Part shown: positions 36,345-49,529 of the stretch, in pieces | Numbering within the stretch: the stretch's first letter is position 1 | Layout of the letters: the number at the start of each line of letters is the position of its first letter | Origin: Eremomyces bilateralis CBS 781.70 | Lineage: Eukaryota | Length of the DNA: 53,682 nucleotides | Reading direction: 5' to 3' (one strand) | Assembly: GCA_010015585.1 (NCBI GenBank) | Contig: ML975168.1 | Notes under the pieces: model-generated | Seen by the model: only the letters and a program-made list of their open reading frames with translations | The model's database searches: none | What the model was told of the DNA's origin: nothing | Program-made: the position numbers and the translations under genes

Positions 36345-37403
36345 CTATAGCTTCCATACGGTCCAGTCCCGTAGATTTAGGCGGGCGAGGACTCCACCTA
36401 ACCGTCCTTGCTGTTCTTGGCCATCACGCCATACCTTCGGACCAGCCCAATAGTTGATGAAACCATCAGGGCCGGAGACAAACAGGACCTTCTTCCCACG
36501 AGAAGAAGGACTTGCAGGTGCGCTGGGCTTAGCTAGCGTCATGACCTCCTTGTAGTTGATGAACGTCCCCTCTTCGTCCACAAAGTACTGTATCCGTAGT
36601 CGCCCACCCGCTGAATCGGAGCCATCGTTCCAGCGTTTCTGTAACCCTTCGAGCTCCTCGACAATCGGGCTCTTGGGGCCAGCGGAAATCGCAACAGGGA
36701 TTTGCTTCGATCCAGATAGTCGATCTTTCCACGACTTCGAGGGGGGTACTACACTGCCCTCTCCACCAGCGCAATCTTCGCGTTGCCTACATGCCCACAA
36801 AATGGACATGCGAGCATTTGGATACTGCGACAGCGCGTATGCCATTTGCATAGCTGGAGCAATCCCCGTCCCTCCAGCAAGAAAGACAACCTCTTCTATA
36901 TCGCCATCCACAGCGAGTTCATTATGCGGTCCTCGGAGGTCTAGCTTTCCAGCTATTGGTAGGCGGTGGATGTAGGAGGACATTTCTCCAGGGTTATACG
37001 CGCGGACGTATAGACGGAGCTTGATCGAGTTGGAATGGTTCGTAGAGCCATCATCGTCGAGTAAAGGGGGTAGCGGCGTGTAATCCCTCCCGATTTGAAG
37101 TTGGGGCTGCTTAATCTGCACGCTCCAAAGCGTTCTCCAGAAACGTTCGTTGAAAGCTTGAAGCTTATCGGCCTCGTCTTTGCCGGGGATGTGCTGGCGT
37201 AGGGTGAATATGGCGCTTGTAGAGGAAACGGGCTGCTTTGACTCGAGGGTGAATTGTGAGAAGTAGTCCGGATCGAAGGTTCGACTCGCGGTGCTACGAT
37301 CTGCGAATGATCGTCTGTACCATGTTCCGAAGAAAGCTGCGCCGCCGAAGCATGCGATTGCTCCAATGGTGGGTCGTAGACTCCGCAGCTTCGATGGATT
37401 CAT
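36345..37403 (-). CDS. CYC2: Mitochondrial FAD/NAD(P)H cytochrome b5 reductase-like protein (Cyc2)
   Basis: N-terminal targeting/TM segment, KQPQLQIGRDYTPLP, GEMSSYIH, FLAGGTGIAP, SGPDGFI. Confidence 0.8.
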   Translation of the reverse strand: MNPSKLRSLRPTIGAIACFGGAAFFGTWYRRSFADRSTASRTFDPDYFSQFTLESKQPVSSTSAIFTLRQHIPGKDEADKLQAFNERFWRTLWSVQIKQPQLQIGRDYTPLPPLLDDDGSTNHSNSIKLRLYVRAYNPGEMSSYIHRLPIAGKLDLRGPHNELAVDGDIEEVVFLAGGTGIAPAMQMAYALSQYPNARMSILWACRQREDCAGGEGSVVPPSKSWKDRLSGSKQIPVAISAGPKSPIVEELEGLQKRWNDGSDSAGGRLRIQYFVDEEGTFINYKEVMTLAKPSAPASPSSRGKKVLFVSGPDGFINYWAGPKVWRDGQEQQGRLGGVLARLNLRDWTVWKL

Positions 37404-37699
37404 GGATGGCGTCGAAATATTTCACTTAAACGGAGGAAGAGATGTTCGGGAAGAATCCGCAGAACTGGGGAAGTTGATACGGCTCGGAGCTTGGACGTAA
37501 ACTCCGAAGAAAATGCGAACGTGCCATATCATTGCTATGGAGAGAGAATGGTAAAAAAGTTCTGGGGCGTATTGAACAGTAGATATTGAATATCTAATAC
37601 AAGATGGATTAAGGGTGGAATTATTGATGGAGTGGCGTCAAGTTGCTATCCTCGCTGCATGACTCTCTACATCTATTTGTACAAGGCTCTATCGTCATG

Positions 37700-38765
37700 C
37701 TATAATCTCAGCGGCTCACTATGCCGCCCTATTCCACCCCGGAACAGTTCTTTGATCACTCTTCCTTCTTGGATGGTTTCTTTAATGATCCCCTCCACGT
37801 GCTTTGGCTCGACCCGTCCATACCAAATCCCCTTGCCCGACAGCCCATGACTGCTGCTCGAGTTCGGCATGTAGATGATGACATTGCCCGCGAACTTATG
37901 CCCGCCAATATGACTGATGAGACCAACTCTTGCTGTAAGCGCCGTCTCCGGCCTTGAGCTACTCTGCCCATTCTCCGGAGCGGATCCCGGCGGATCTTGC
38001 CGCACATCGAAGCCGGCCATCGCAAGCTTATCCTCGAACTCAGCTTGTAATAAAGGTCCCAGGACACCACATCTGTTGTCTCGTGCTCCATGGCCGCAAA
38101 TGAGGACAGTTACGTCCTGCACGGGCTTGACATCGAGCTCGGACCGAAAGCTTTCGTCCCTGGTCAGGCCAGCTTTCTGTTCCGGAGACAAGACGTCATG
38201 GTGTTTGTGGAGCGTTGTCGGGAGCAGATATCCCTTGACTAGCGCCTCCATTGCGGGGGATGTATTCTCGATCCGAGGGAAGTATTGAAAGCTGGGGAAT
38301 AGGAGAACGGAGCTGGTATCTGCGGTCGAGTCGGTCGGTTTCAACGACGATGTGGAGGTCAATACATTATGAAATGGCTACTTGAATCGTTAGCAGCGCA
38401 GAAAACACGTTCGATACGGGACACTAACGAACATCGGTGTACTTCCCTCCTCTCCCAAACGCCCCCTTTAGTGCCGCGACGACCGGAGTGGACTCATCGT
38501 CCTCTATCCTGCTCGGCCAATCGCTTCGTCCCGTCGAAACCAGCACATGCTCCGAATATGGAGCTACGCTATTGCCCATCACAGTCTTATGGTCGATATC
38601 CAGATCCGCTGGCATCGGCCTGCAGGAACATGTTGCAGGCGGACATGTTGCGGTCACCGGAAGGGGCGGCGGGATATGAATGCGTGCTCGACTATAAGCT
38701 CGTCGCAGTCTCGCGGCGGAGAATTTGGGGGACTGGCGCCATAGAACGCATGCTGAGGTATGCAT
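37700..38765 (-). CDS. AIM32: Sucrase/thioredoxin-like 2Fe-2S ferredoxin, Aim32 type; one intron ~38379-38431
   Basis: TGRSDWPSRIE, ICGHGARDNRCG, SHIGGHKFAGN, WYGRV; Arg-rich presequence. Confidence 0.85.
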
Positions 38766-39290
38766 TCCGTGAATTCCACCGCAGGGTCGGAAAGCGGAAG
38801 GTTTGGGGAAGTTGCTTCCTGGAACCACGGAGAAGCACGGCAATTAAAGAACGATGCTCTTGGGGGTTGGTGAATTGAATGGTATATATAGACGAGTCAG
38901 CAACAAAATCCTGGCGTCGTCATTATTCCTTGTTGCTTGACTTTCGCACTACGACCTATTCGAGTAATATCGGCGTTAACAGTTATGGGGACAATGGAGA
39001 CAAGCCTTGATGATTGCGCACCGTAAACCTATTTAGGACGGGCCAAGCGGCTGGATGAATTGTCCACCGTGACTAACTGGTCTGGTCGTTGATGTGGGCG
39101 AACATTAACACTGCCCTCGGGATTCTACATTCAATTGCCGGATACGCATGGATTCTACAGTGAACAACTAGCATACAGGATAGTCGTACATAGACACCGG
39201 CATAAACAGGCGTAGTGGCCATGATTCTGTATCGTTACTAGGCCGAGCTAAAGACAGATTCCGCCCGAATGACCAGAGTCGTTAGAGATG

Positions 39291-41688
39291 TCATACTTCA
39301 TCCCTGAATACCCATCTGCCCCCCCCTCGAAGTGCTATCCGTGCCCTCTCCTGCACCTCCTTAGCATTCGCTTCCTTTGCTTCCTTCCTCTGCTTCTCCA
39401 ACTCCTGCGTGCTTGGCATATCCGTCCTCCAATACAGCGGCGGCGTCGGCCTGCGCGTGAACGCCTGACGGTGCCTGCCATATTTCTCGGACAACCAATC
39501 TGCCCGCGCCTCGGAGACCGTGTCCTTCAAGCCCTTTGCGTTCATGGAGGAGAGGAGATCGAAGGAAAACGCTTGGCCGAGGTAGTTCTTCAGGACGCGG
39601 ATGTCGTTGGGATGGAGTGCGGTTTTGGTACCGCCGACTCGGGCGGTGACGATGAAGTTGCCTTGGTCGTCGCGTTCGTGCTCCTCGGCGGAAATGCTCT
39701 CCTGCGAGGAGGCGAACCCCTTCGGCACGTCGAACATTTCGGGTCCGGCGTTTTCGGCCATGGCCAGGAAGTTTTGCCCGCAACACGATGGATCGGTGCA
39801 GCCGGGGAGGCATTTTCGTGCATGGCCACGGACGACCTCGCTAAATGCATGCATTATGCCCTCGTTCAGGTTGGGGTTGACCCGGAAGTCTTCTAGATTT
39901 AGCTCGCGGACAGGAAGATCGCGAAGCCGCTTTGTCGGGAATTGTTTACTAGGACCTCCCACTTCAGTGGAGGCTACCCTCGTCCGGGGCGGCGCGGACT
40001 GTGGGGTTGGGACGTTTGCAACCTGTTTACTTCTTGTCTTCCGGGCCGTTCTCGGCTCCGGTGCGTGGCTCGGAAGTGATTTTCGCAGGCGTCGATCAGC
40101 ACTAGGACTGCGTCGCGGAGTGATCGTCTGTCTTGGGGATGGCTCGGCAGCCGCGAGTAGTGTGAACAGGCGATCTTCAGAGCGGACGTTCTTCTCTTGA
40201 TGTGGAGTATTCGTCTGATCTGTGAGGGTCGCATCTTCAGCCAAATAGCCAATCTTGTGCTCACTGCTTCCCATCTTACGCCTACTCCCTCTCCTGCTCT
40301 CTGATATCGTAGCTCGAGGTAGGAAATTTGCGTCAATAGGATGGAGGAACCTTTCTTGTGGAATTCGTTTTGATGCGTTCAAGGTAGCTTGATGTTGGTC
40401 AAACACCATATCGTCTTCTGCTTCATTCCATTCGGGATCGCTTTGCGGCCGGGGTAGAGCTGCGGGTGTTTGCAAATGAGATCCGCTTACCCGGCGACGG
40501 TCGTCGCCTGTCATTCTCTGGCTTTCCTCGGCTGGGAGGCTACACGCTCGATCAGGTATACCAACGGAACTAGATGAGAGTTGCGCAGAAAGGGGAGGCG
40601 CCATCTTCATTCGTTTCCGTGGTGAGAACTTCGAGAACTGCGTCTCATCATCCAGCGTCTCAACCCGTCCCAAGGTTCTCTTCATGCCTTCAGTGGCCTG
40701 GCTGCTCATTGTTTCTTCCTTGACAACGATGGGGTCTTCTGGCGATCCTCGCGATGGGTCGGCCGTGCTTGAAGTGCGAGCTGGTCGTCTCCGTGGCAAT
40801 AGACGCTCCGATACAACGACCGGTTCGTCCTCATCTCTTTGGTTAAGGGATTCTTCCTGGGCTCCTAAAGACAATGGCTCGCCTTCGGTCGCCTGGCTCG
40901 ACTTCACGACGTCATTTGTCGAATAGCCTATGATTCTTTCCATTGGCATATTCTGGCCATTTGGCAACGTAGATTGCTTGGACAGCTCCATTGTCGTCCG
41001 ATGAATGTTGTCAGCGGGCGGGTGGTCGATCGAAGAACTCAGTCTTTGACGTTCTTCAATATCATAGTGCCGTGCAACTGACGGCGACTCGGGTATGACT
41101 AGCGGATCAGGTAAAGGATTCGAAGCTAGGGACATAATATTCCTGGGGGGTGTAGTCGCCCGCCCTGCGCTACTGGTGCAGTCGCGAAATCCTTTCATCT
41201 GCGAGACAACTCCTGGCCCGCAGCACACGCCATGTTTCTTCTCGAAGTATTTCTGCCATGACACCACCAATGTCTTGGCCTCCTTCAACCGCTTCACTGC
41301 CAGATCGGTGCTGGTTTGGAGGTTGGCATTGGTTTCTGTCAATGCGTTTATATTCCGTTGAAGTTCTTCATAATTGACTGTCGAGTCCGGGTCATTCGTG
41401 CGGCCTTTTGTTGCCGATCTAGAGAGCAGCTGTTCCCGAAGACGGCGGTTTTCCTCTTCGAGCGATTCATTTGAATGCCGTAATACATCAATCGTATCAT
41501 CTTTGTCCTTAATTCGTCCCTCGCATAGCTTCACTGCGAAATGTTAACGTTGGACCCCGCTTCAGCCGCAAAGCATGATTACCATGTTCTTTGAGTTGAG
41601 AGAGGCTGTCTTCGAATACACCGGAGACGTTCTTCAGTGCTATCGTAATAGCATTGTTTTGATGCTGCAACCACTCCTCCGACGCCAT
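39291..41688 (-). CDS. SAE2: Sae2/CtIP/Ctp1 DNA end-resection factor; intron ~41536-41582
   Basis: N-terminal coiled coil; C-terminal CLPGC...CC and YGRHR...TPPLYWRTDMPSTQE. Confidence 0.88.
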
Positions 41689-42184
41689 CTGCAGCGATCG
41701 AATCCGACAAATATCATCCAGGCTAAAATGCAGAGCAGTGGCAACGCGGAGGATGGTTCTTAGCCACGAATGGAGCCTGTACGAATCGAGATCGCAGTCA
41801 TTATATGTCGTAATGGTCGTTGCGAGGGAAGGCGCATTGGGTTTCGTGAGTGTTGTGAATGTTGAAAATCCGATACATCCACGGCATCCACAGGATCCAG
41901 CGCATCCAGGGCGTCTGATACATATATGAGACAATCGTTGACGCGCGAGTCGCGTCCAGAAAGTAGACGCGAAGTCAGGTGACATGCCAAGAATTGTTAT
42001 CAGATTGATCGATAAATGTTCAGGCCTGAGGCAGAAAGACCCACCGCCTCGTTCAATGACTTGGAGATATCAGATTGGCCACGTCCAACATCTCTGCGTA
42101 CATATCGAATGCTGATCGTCATTCTGCTATAAACCAGTCATATTTACTTCTAGGATTCAAACCGGTAAGCTGGGCGCTCGCGAA

Positions 42185-43771
42185 ATGAAGCGAGACCTTG
42201 AGGATGCCTCGGATCAGCCGGTGCGGAAGAGGGTACGGCAGGTGGACCGGATATCGAGTCTGAGCGATGAGGTTCTGGTCCGGATCCTGTCTTTCCTGCC
42301 GATCGAGAGCCTTATCCACACCCAAAAGTGAGCCTCCAGGTCCCTGTCCCCGGCCTATCCACTGACACGAACACCCAGTATATCCCGTAAGTTCAACCGT
42401 ATCGGCGGCGATTCACAGCTGTGGAAAGCGCTCTACTACGACCGGTTCGTCCGCCCGCGCGCGTCCCGCATCCCGAACCTGAAAGAGTCGGAGCGCGTCT
42501 CGGAGCAGTTACATTTCTCCTCGAAGATCTCGAAATGGCTGGACGAGGAGAATCTGGTGAAGCGAGGGACGGAGACGAACTGGAAGCGGCAATACAAGCT
42601 GCGGCATAACTGGGCGAAAGGGACCTGTAACGTCGCGGAGCTCGAGGTGTCGGAGGAACCGCCGGTCCCGTCGTTGCTGGTTCGGTTCCACAAGGGCGTT
42701 ATATACACGGTCGACTCGGTCGGCGGGCTGCGGGCGTTTTCGGCGAAGACGAGGCAGCGACTGCTAGCGTGCTACAATCTCCAAGACGAGGAGCGAAATC
42801 CGCCGACGGCGATCGCGGTGGACGCACAGGATACCCAGGATGGGGCGCACAGAATTACCATCGGGTTTCAGAACGGTCGATTTTCCGTCTACGAACATTC
42901 GATCCGCTCCTCGACACTCTCCCCAGTATACACCCACCCCCCATCAAGCAACGGCGCGATCACAGCAGTCGCGCTATCCCTACCATTCATCCTCACCCTC
43001 TCCTCCACCCACCTCCTCTCCCTCTACCGCTTCCCTTCCCCCTCTCCCCTCTCCTCTCCCCACCTCCTCCACTCCTTCACCTCCCAAACCGTCTCCCCCC
43101 CCGTCTCCCTCTCCCTCCGCCAATCCCCAACTCTCCTCACCGCCTCCATCGCCTACCCTGTCTCCTCTCCCTTCCTCCCCTGGAAATCCGGCCTCCAAGA
43201 ACTCCGCCTCTCCCTCACCGGCGTCCTCCTCTCCTCCCGCACCGCCGTCGCGCACCCGCGCGCAGGAGAAAGCTCCGTAACCCCGAGTATCCCCCGCCTC
43301 GTCCGCCATTCCCGACCCACCGCGCTGAGCTACAGCCATCCGTATCTGCTCATGGCACACCCAGAGAACACGTTGACATTGTCGATGGTCACGTCGACGC
43401 CGGAGGGGCTGGCGATCTCCGCGGGGCGGGTACTCTGGGGGCATTTATCGGCAGTGACGGCGGCGCACGTGTCGCCAAAAGGGCGGGCGGTGAGCGTGGG
43501 ACGGGGGGAGGAGGGGGAGGTGCGGGTGTGGGAGTTGGAGGGGTTCGGGGGGCCACGGGGGGCGGAGGACGCGACCAGTGTGATTGTGGATCCGGGGGTG
43601 GAGGGGCCGGAGGAGATGTGTCCGGTGACGGCGGCGAGATATAATCGGGTGCAGCTGTGGCTGGGGCATGTGCCGCAGCCGGGGTGGGTGGGGTTTGATG
43701 AGGAGAATGTGGTGGTGTGGAAGGGGAGGGAGGAGGGGGGGCAGAAGGTGTTGATATACAATTTTGCATAG
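42185..43771 (+). CDS. F-box protein with C-terminal WD40-like beta-propeller; one intron ~42328-42378
   Basis: ISSLSDEVLVRILSFLP...DSQLWKALY, NWKRQYKLRHNW, LWGHLSAV, EVRVWELE. Confidence 0.85.
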
Positions 43772-44029
43772 AGCGAGCGGGAGTATCAGGATGAATGATG
43801 AGACGAATGTATGAATCATGTTCGTATCGTGTTGACGATGACGAGTGGCTGTGAGGCTCTAGTTACCGTCCTGAACTCCCGCGCAGGAATTACGCCCTGT
43901 ATGACTACCCTGCGATATGAAGGCAGGGCCACTTGTAGCGCCGAGTGATGTACCCACCAAGACCATAAATCTCAGACAGCAATCGGTGTACGGTACCCGT
44001 TTTGTGCGATCCAAGATGATGAACCCGAT

Positions 44030-45231
44030 TTATGACTTCTTCCCCTCACCCTCCTTTCCTTTCCCTTTCGTCTCCCCATTCACCCCATTCGCCTTCCCCT
44101 CCTTATCCTCCTCCTTCTTCTCCCCATCCTTCCCCTCCGCCTTCTCCTTCTCATCCTTCTCCGCCCCGGTCCCCGCATCCTTTTCCTCCTGCTGCTGCCG
44201 ATTCTGAATCTTATTCTCGATCAGATCGTGGAACGCCGTGATCGCACGGATCAAGCTGCTTAGGTAGATCGACATCAGCTGATCGTTCGTCTTGATGCTC
44301 ATCGCGCGCGACAGTTCCGAGTTATCCACCGTCGGCATCCCGGGCGTCGCGTCGGCCGTCGCCGCGGTGGGTTTGGGCGTCGAAAGGTTCGGGAGCAGGT
44401 TGAACACGTCTTGCAGGTTGCCGAGGATCGCGTGGTTCACGGGCAGTTCGCCGTCGAGGACTTTTTGGAGGTAGTGGCCGATGTCGCGGAGGCGGAGGTG
44501 CAGGCCTTGCAGGGATTGGAGCTGGGAGGTGATGCGGGTGGAGAGGGTGCCGACAGCGACGTCGCGGATGTCGCGGAGGAGGTGTTCAACGCCGATTTCT
44601 TCGGCCTCTTCGGCTTCGATGGTGGAGGGGGTGTGGACGAAGGTTTTGGTGGTGGTGGTGCCGTCCTGTTTGCTCTGTTAGACATGGAATATGAGATGTC
44701 ATGAATGGCAGCATACATCTTTGATTTCTTCCACGGCGAAGTAGGCATCTGTAGGTACGCCAACCTCTTTCGGTTGCACGTCGATGATCACAAGCAGAGG
44801 ATCGGAGGTGTATCGCTTGAACAGTTCGTTGATCTCCAAATCTGAGGCTCGTAGCTTCGGTCCGGAGTGATACCATCCTATTAACTTTTCCCGAGCGTTG
44901 ACCTTCTTGAACATGTCGTTCATCGACTCGACATAGTTGTGATCGAGGAACCACACCGATGGGTCTTTCTCGTCCTCCTCAAATGGCACTAAGGAAATTC
45001 GTTAGCGGATGGTGAGCTGGAGCTGATGGATGATAGATGGGACCTACCAGCAAAGCTATTGGACACTCGCACATTCCGACCATCGTTCTGGCCCAGTAGA
45101 ACACCCACTACTCGCTTCTTGGTGCCCTTTGCTGTTCTTCCATAGTGATCTGCAACCGAGAGAAGAACGAGCGGCGCAACGGAGACGGTTCGGGATGTTA
45201 ATGCGAGGGTTTCTGCTGTGGTGGCCGGCAT
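44030..45231 (-). CDS. RPN8: 26S proteasome lid subunit Rpn8 (MPN domain); 2 introns
   Basis: [69 protein letters not shown]. Confidence 0.96.
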
Positions 45232-45825
45232 GGTGGACGGCGAGGAGGGAGGAGTGAAGAAAGATTGTGTGAGGATGGAATGGACAGATGGGGAAAGGCC
45301 GGGGAAGGTGTGAAGGTGGACAGGTTTGTGTGAGTTGGATGTTGTGGTACAGGTAGTAAAACAAGTGATAAGAGCAGGAGAATGCACGTAAAGTTGTCAC
45401 CACCCTTCAGTCTTCAGCGGAGCGGTCGATGCTGCGATGCTGTGGTGATGGTCTGTGTGCTGTGAAGGCGGGAGGCCGGAGGCCCTACGTAGAAAAATGG
45501 GTCAGCAATGCCAAGATATCTGGAATATCAACAACGTCAACTCCCATGATCGGAATTCTAACTCTTAACTTCTGGCGTTTAAGTATATCCGTAAATAACG
45601 ACAATAAAGAGATCGATCAATCCCCAATCCTTAAAATGTATCTCCAGGGCACTTCTAGGGTTTCAATAATACATAAGAAATGACTTTTTCTCAATGAAAA
45701 GAGTCTGGGTTGGGTGAATGGACGTATGCCACTAGCGGTAGTTGGATCATTGTGGTGCAATCCGATGCCCTGATTACCTGGTTTCTTCCACTGTTTCTTT
45801 TACGCATAGGAGAAGTATAGTCGCC

Positions 45826-46481
45826 TTACCACTGTAACACCCCACCTTCGATCTTGACCTTCGAGAGGGCCAGCATATTTCCTCTCAGTCCCACATGTTC
45901 TTTGACCCAATTAAGGGTCAGGGAGTGTTCATGATGTAGGCGTTGTCTTCCTCTTATAATTATGTCACCAAGGGGGTTTCCCCTTGTGTTGGGCCTTTGC
46001 GATCTTCTCGAAGGCTGTCTATACTGTCAGAAAATATTTGAATCTCAGTGACTCCTTTTGATTTGTTCAAGTCTTCTACGGTAGCAATCTCGATTGCCCT
46101 CAAGTGGGCGAACATCTCAGTGCCATTGCTTGTTGCCCGTGCTCCTGCGAAGAACCCGCTTCTTCTATGCGGGAAGTCTAAGACCTGACAGTCCCTCTTC
46201 CAATTCCCTGCGCCCTTTTTGCGCATGATGGCTATAGCTCCAGCGCCCTCCTTATCATCGAATAACCCATCTGTCCAGAGCTCTAGTCGTCCCAATGTGC
46301 TCTTGGTTTCATTTGCTAGCGCACTTGCATTTGCAACGGATGTTCTACCATCAGGAGCGATCCTGACGGGGAACCCGGTGGCCCCTGGAATGATAAAATG
46401 GGAACTACCCCTTATGGTTTCAATTCTGAGGGTAAATTGTAAACGATGTAAACCCGGTAGAGTTGTTGTTGCCTGGGCCAT
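45826..46481 (-). pseudogene. RNase H-like relic (frameshifted, last catalytic Asp lost)
   Basis: LWTDG, SNGTEMFA and IFSDS in the 173-aa ORF; LNWVKEHVGLRGNMLAL follows in the -1 frame (cf. WVKGH-G--GNE-AD). Confidence 0.7.
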
Positions 46482-47780
46482 GGTTTCGAAAAGCTGTGGT
46501 GGTGTAGTGATTTTTCATGTATATATTTGCGTGTGCGTGCAGATGCGTGGATGTAAACACTACAAGTTTTTGTTCTATTCTCACCACAGCCTGGTATCCT
46601 CAAAGGGGTAAGGCATTATCACAGAACTCACATGCTGTATATTATTATAGACACTTAACAGAGTACCGAATTCACATACTGTTTCTCCTTTCCAGTGCTC
46701 TATTACTTCTCTCTTATGATGCATGGCGCCCTCTGTTACTTCTTCTAATTTTGGTCAAGCTATCCATTTTGTTCACAGCATACAATGCTTAGTATCGCCC
46801 AAATCAAGCCAGTGTCAAAATATTCAGAAGAGAAGAGCTGGTGAGAGCGAAACTTGAGGTAAATGACAAAGAGCTAAATCGACTGGTTTCCAACCGCCTT
46901 CCTACAGGAAACGATGGCAGAGAGCAGCCAGAGTTTTCCTGATAGGTACATTGTGGGCCTTACCCTAAGCCATAACAGCTATTTGTGTGTCAATTGGCTC
47001 TATGATGGTAAAATGAGATGCACAGATCCAAAAGCATAGAAAAAAGAAAAAGAATTGTGGGTGGAACTAGTAGGAATTGATTCTAAAAGCCTGAAAATTA
47101 ACCAGTGGGGCTCCGGAGACAGTAAACTATATGGTACATAACTCTTTCTGAGACATAACAGGCCACTGTCAGTACATGTTGGGAGAATAGACTGAAATGA
47201 AAATATATTCTCCACTTCCTGTATTGTCCATTCAACCAACATCCCTTGTGTCTATCATCACAACCTTGATAATTGATAAAGTAGTTTGTACCGTGAAATC
47301 AATAAAGCAAGTGGTGATATTGCTTGTGATTTGCAAACGGCGAGAACATGTTTCGGGTGTCAATTCCATCATAGCTTTATGAAAGTATAAAAGTGTAGAG
47401 GCATTTACCGTCCCACCGGAAGAGGCTTAGAGATTGGTTCTCTAGTGCCCGCGTGGGACTATGAATAAGGACATGTGCGCTCTAGACTTGAAAAGCTGAC
47501 CAGAGAGCGTAATCGAGCACTTTAAATCTTCTCATTCCCTATGCAATTTCACTGATCTCACTGCTCACAAGCCCCTTCGCTCTTTATCAATCTATCAGGT
47601 CAAATTGTTATTACGATCTGGGCAGTGGAGAAGATTAGGGACAACCGTGTACATCCGATTTTGCGGAATCCCCTCGTAACGCTAAAAGGAATATTGCACT
47701 CAAGCATCCTGACGGTGAGCCTCGATTCAGCGCTGAACTCCAAACAGCAAGTCAGGCAGATCTGTTTGTTGAGAGATCGT

Positions 47781-48676
47781 TCAGTGGGCGGCATTAACCA
47801 GCGTAGCAACACTGTCTTCGCCTTCGCTTCTGACATCTTTTTCCAGATCTTCCTTCTTGTCACCGATATCAATCTTCCCAACCTTGTCCTCCGCCTTGGA
47901 CGGTATGATAGACCCACGCACAGCCAGCGTCTTCGGATCCATTCCTCGCACCTTATCCTCTAGCCTCTCCACCTTCTTCACACTCTCCTTCTCCCTCATC
48001 CCAGCGACCCCCCTCCTCGTATCCGGAACCTTCTCCTCACCACTCACCAACTCCCCCAACCGCCACCCCTGAATTGCAACGATGATCTCCACCGCCAACT
48101 CCCCATCCCTCCTCAACGCCTTCTCCCAATGCCGCGGTATCCCCTCCCCTGGATCCCTCAACGCCAACATTCTCGCCACCGCCCCCACCATCATTGCCCT
48201 TACCGGACTCTCCACCTCCGTGTTCGCATACACATACTGCACCCGCCTCAACCCAGGATACGTGTCCGTGCGTGCATACCACCCCCGAACCGTCTCCAAC
48301 ACCTCTCTCACCAACCCCGCAATCGCCCACCGCTCCCCCATGAGCGCGAGTTCCAGCAGCTCGGTCAGCTCGCTTTCTTTCGTCGGCGGCGGGATCCGGC
48401 CGGAGTACAGCCAGCCGACGAAGAGCTTAAAGGCTGCGTCGCTGTCGTCGGGGAGGCCGAAGCGGGTGGTGGTGCGGAAGAGCTGGGAGAAGAATGCGGA
48501 GCGGGTGGTGAGCAGTTTTTCGTGGAGGGGCCAGTGGTGATTGTCGGGGCCGACATAAATGTCGACGAGGGAGTGGGTGAGGAGCCTGAGGAGGTTTAGG
48601 GGATGATGTGGAGGATACGGAGGTGTTCTGCGTACTCATTGAGCGGTTTCCCTTTGACTACTTCTTCTTGCGCCAT
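47781..48676 (-). CDS. BTB/POZ-domain protein; intron ~48587-48635
   Basis: VDIYVGPDNHHWPLHEKLL...SAFF...LPDDSDAAFKLFVGWLYSG, in frame with the 186-aa ORF. Confidence 0.85.
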
Positions 48677-49419
48677 GGTGATTAATTGCAATATTTTTCC
48701 TTGCTCTTGTCTTCGATAATTCTCAATATTAGTGATGTCGGGGGAGACTACAAGGGAAATAGGGCTGGACTCCCTGCTGCGGATCGCCCGAGAATTGACA
48801 GTGAAGGTGCATCTAGATTGTGTAAGGCGGAGACAGTGGCCTCCATTAAATACCTGTACAGGTTTTGAGATGCCGCCCTCGATCTTCCCATGGTGCACTG
48901 TAGTACAGTATAGCATGATCGGTGTGGTTGAAAGAGCTTTAAGGAGAATGCTCTAATTATGACGTTGGGATTCCCGGCTCCCCAGATTCTGCAGGGATAA
49001 TACATCCAATGAGACTTGGAGGACTGCGATACTAGGCCACAAATGCAGGGCCCCTGTCGACCGACGACCATCTGGGCATCTGGCTGTAATTAGTGGCATC
49101 TGTCGCAGACGTCACCTCATGATGCAATTAGAGACCTCGTCTTCGTTACCTGTACGGAGTGTGAGTACTTGTAGACTACCCACCGTAAGAAAATATCCAG
49201 AATCGAGTACCATGATGCATTGAAGAACAGACTTTCTCAAATCTCAAATCACAAGCCAGAGAAATGTGAGCATCCGCTATCCATATCGAGGGTTCCGCAG
49301 GTCGACCACTGCAACAAAATAGAGACTGGCAGGAGAGCCTAGGAACCCAAACCATTACATTTCAATTATCCTCTGTGCCCTTCTACTTACAGGAGGGAGT
49401 AAGTAACGACAATAAGACG

Positions 49420-49457
49420 TCCAAAAGTTTCCAAAAGTTTCCAAGAGTTTCCAAAAG
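49420..49457. repeat. 10-bp tandem repeat (CCAAAAGTTT, ~3.7 copies)
   Basis: ccaaaagttt ccaaaagttt ccaagagttt ccaaaag. Confidence 0.9.
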
Positions 49458-49529
49458 GTCGCACGACTTCATCTCATCCATCTCTGCCAAACCTCCTCAT
49501 TCATCGACTCCGCCAATGTGCCCTGGGGA

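Noticed and set aside
45965..45990. GGGAAAC slippery-like heptamer near the RNase H frameshift
   Set aside because: Not in the X XXY YYZ register of the reading frame, and the downstream active-site Asp is lost, so simple decay is more likely.
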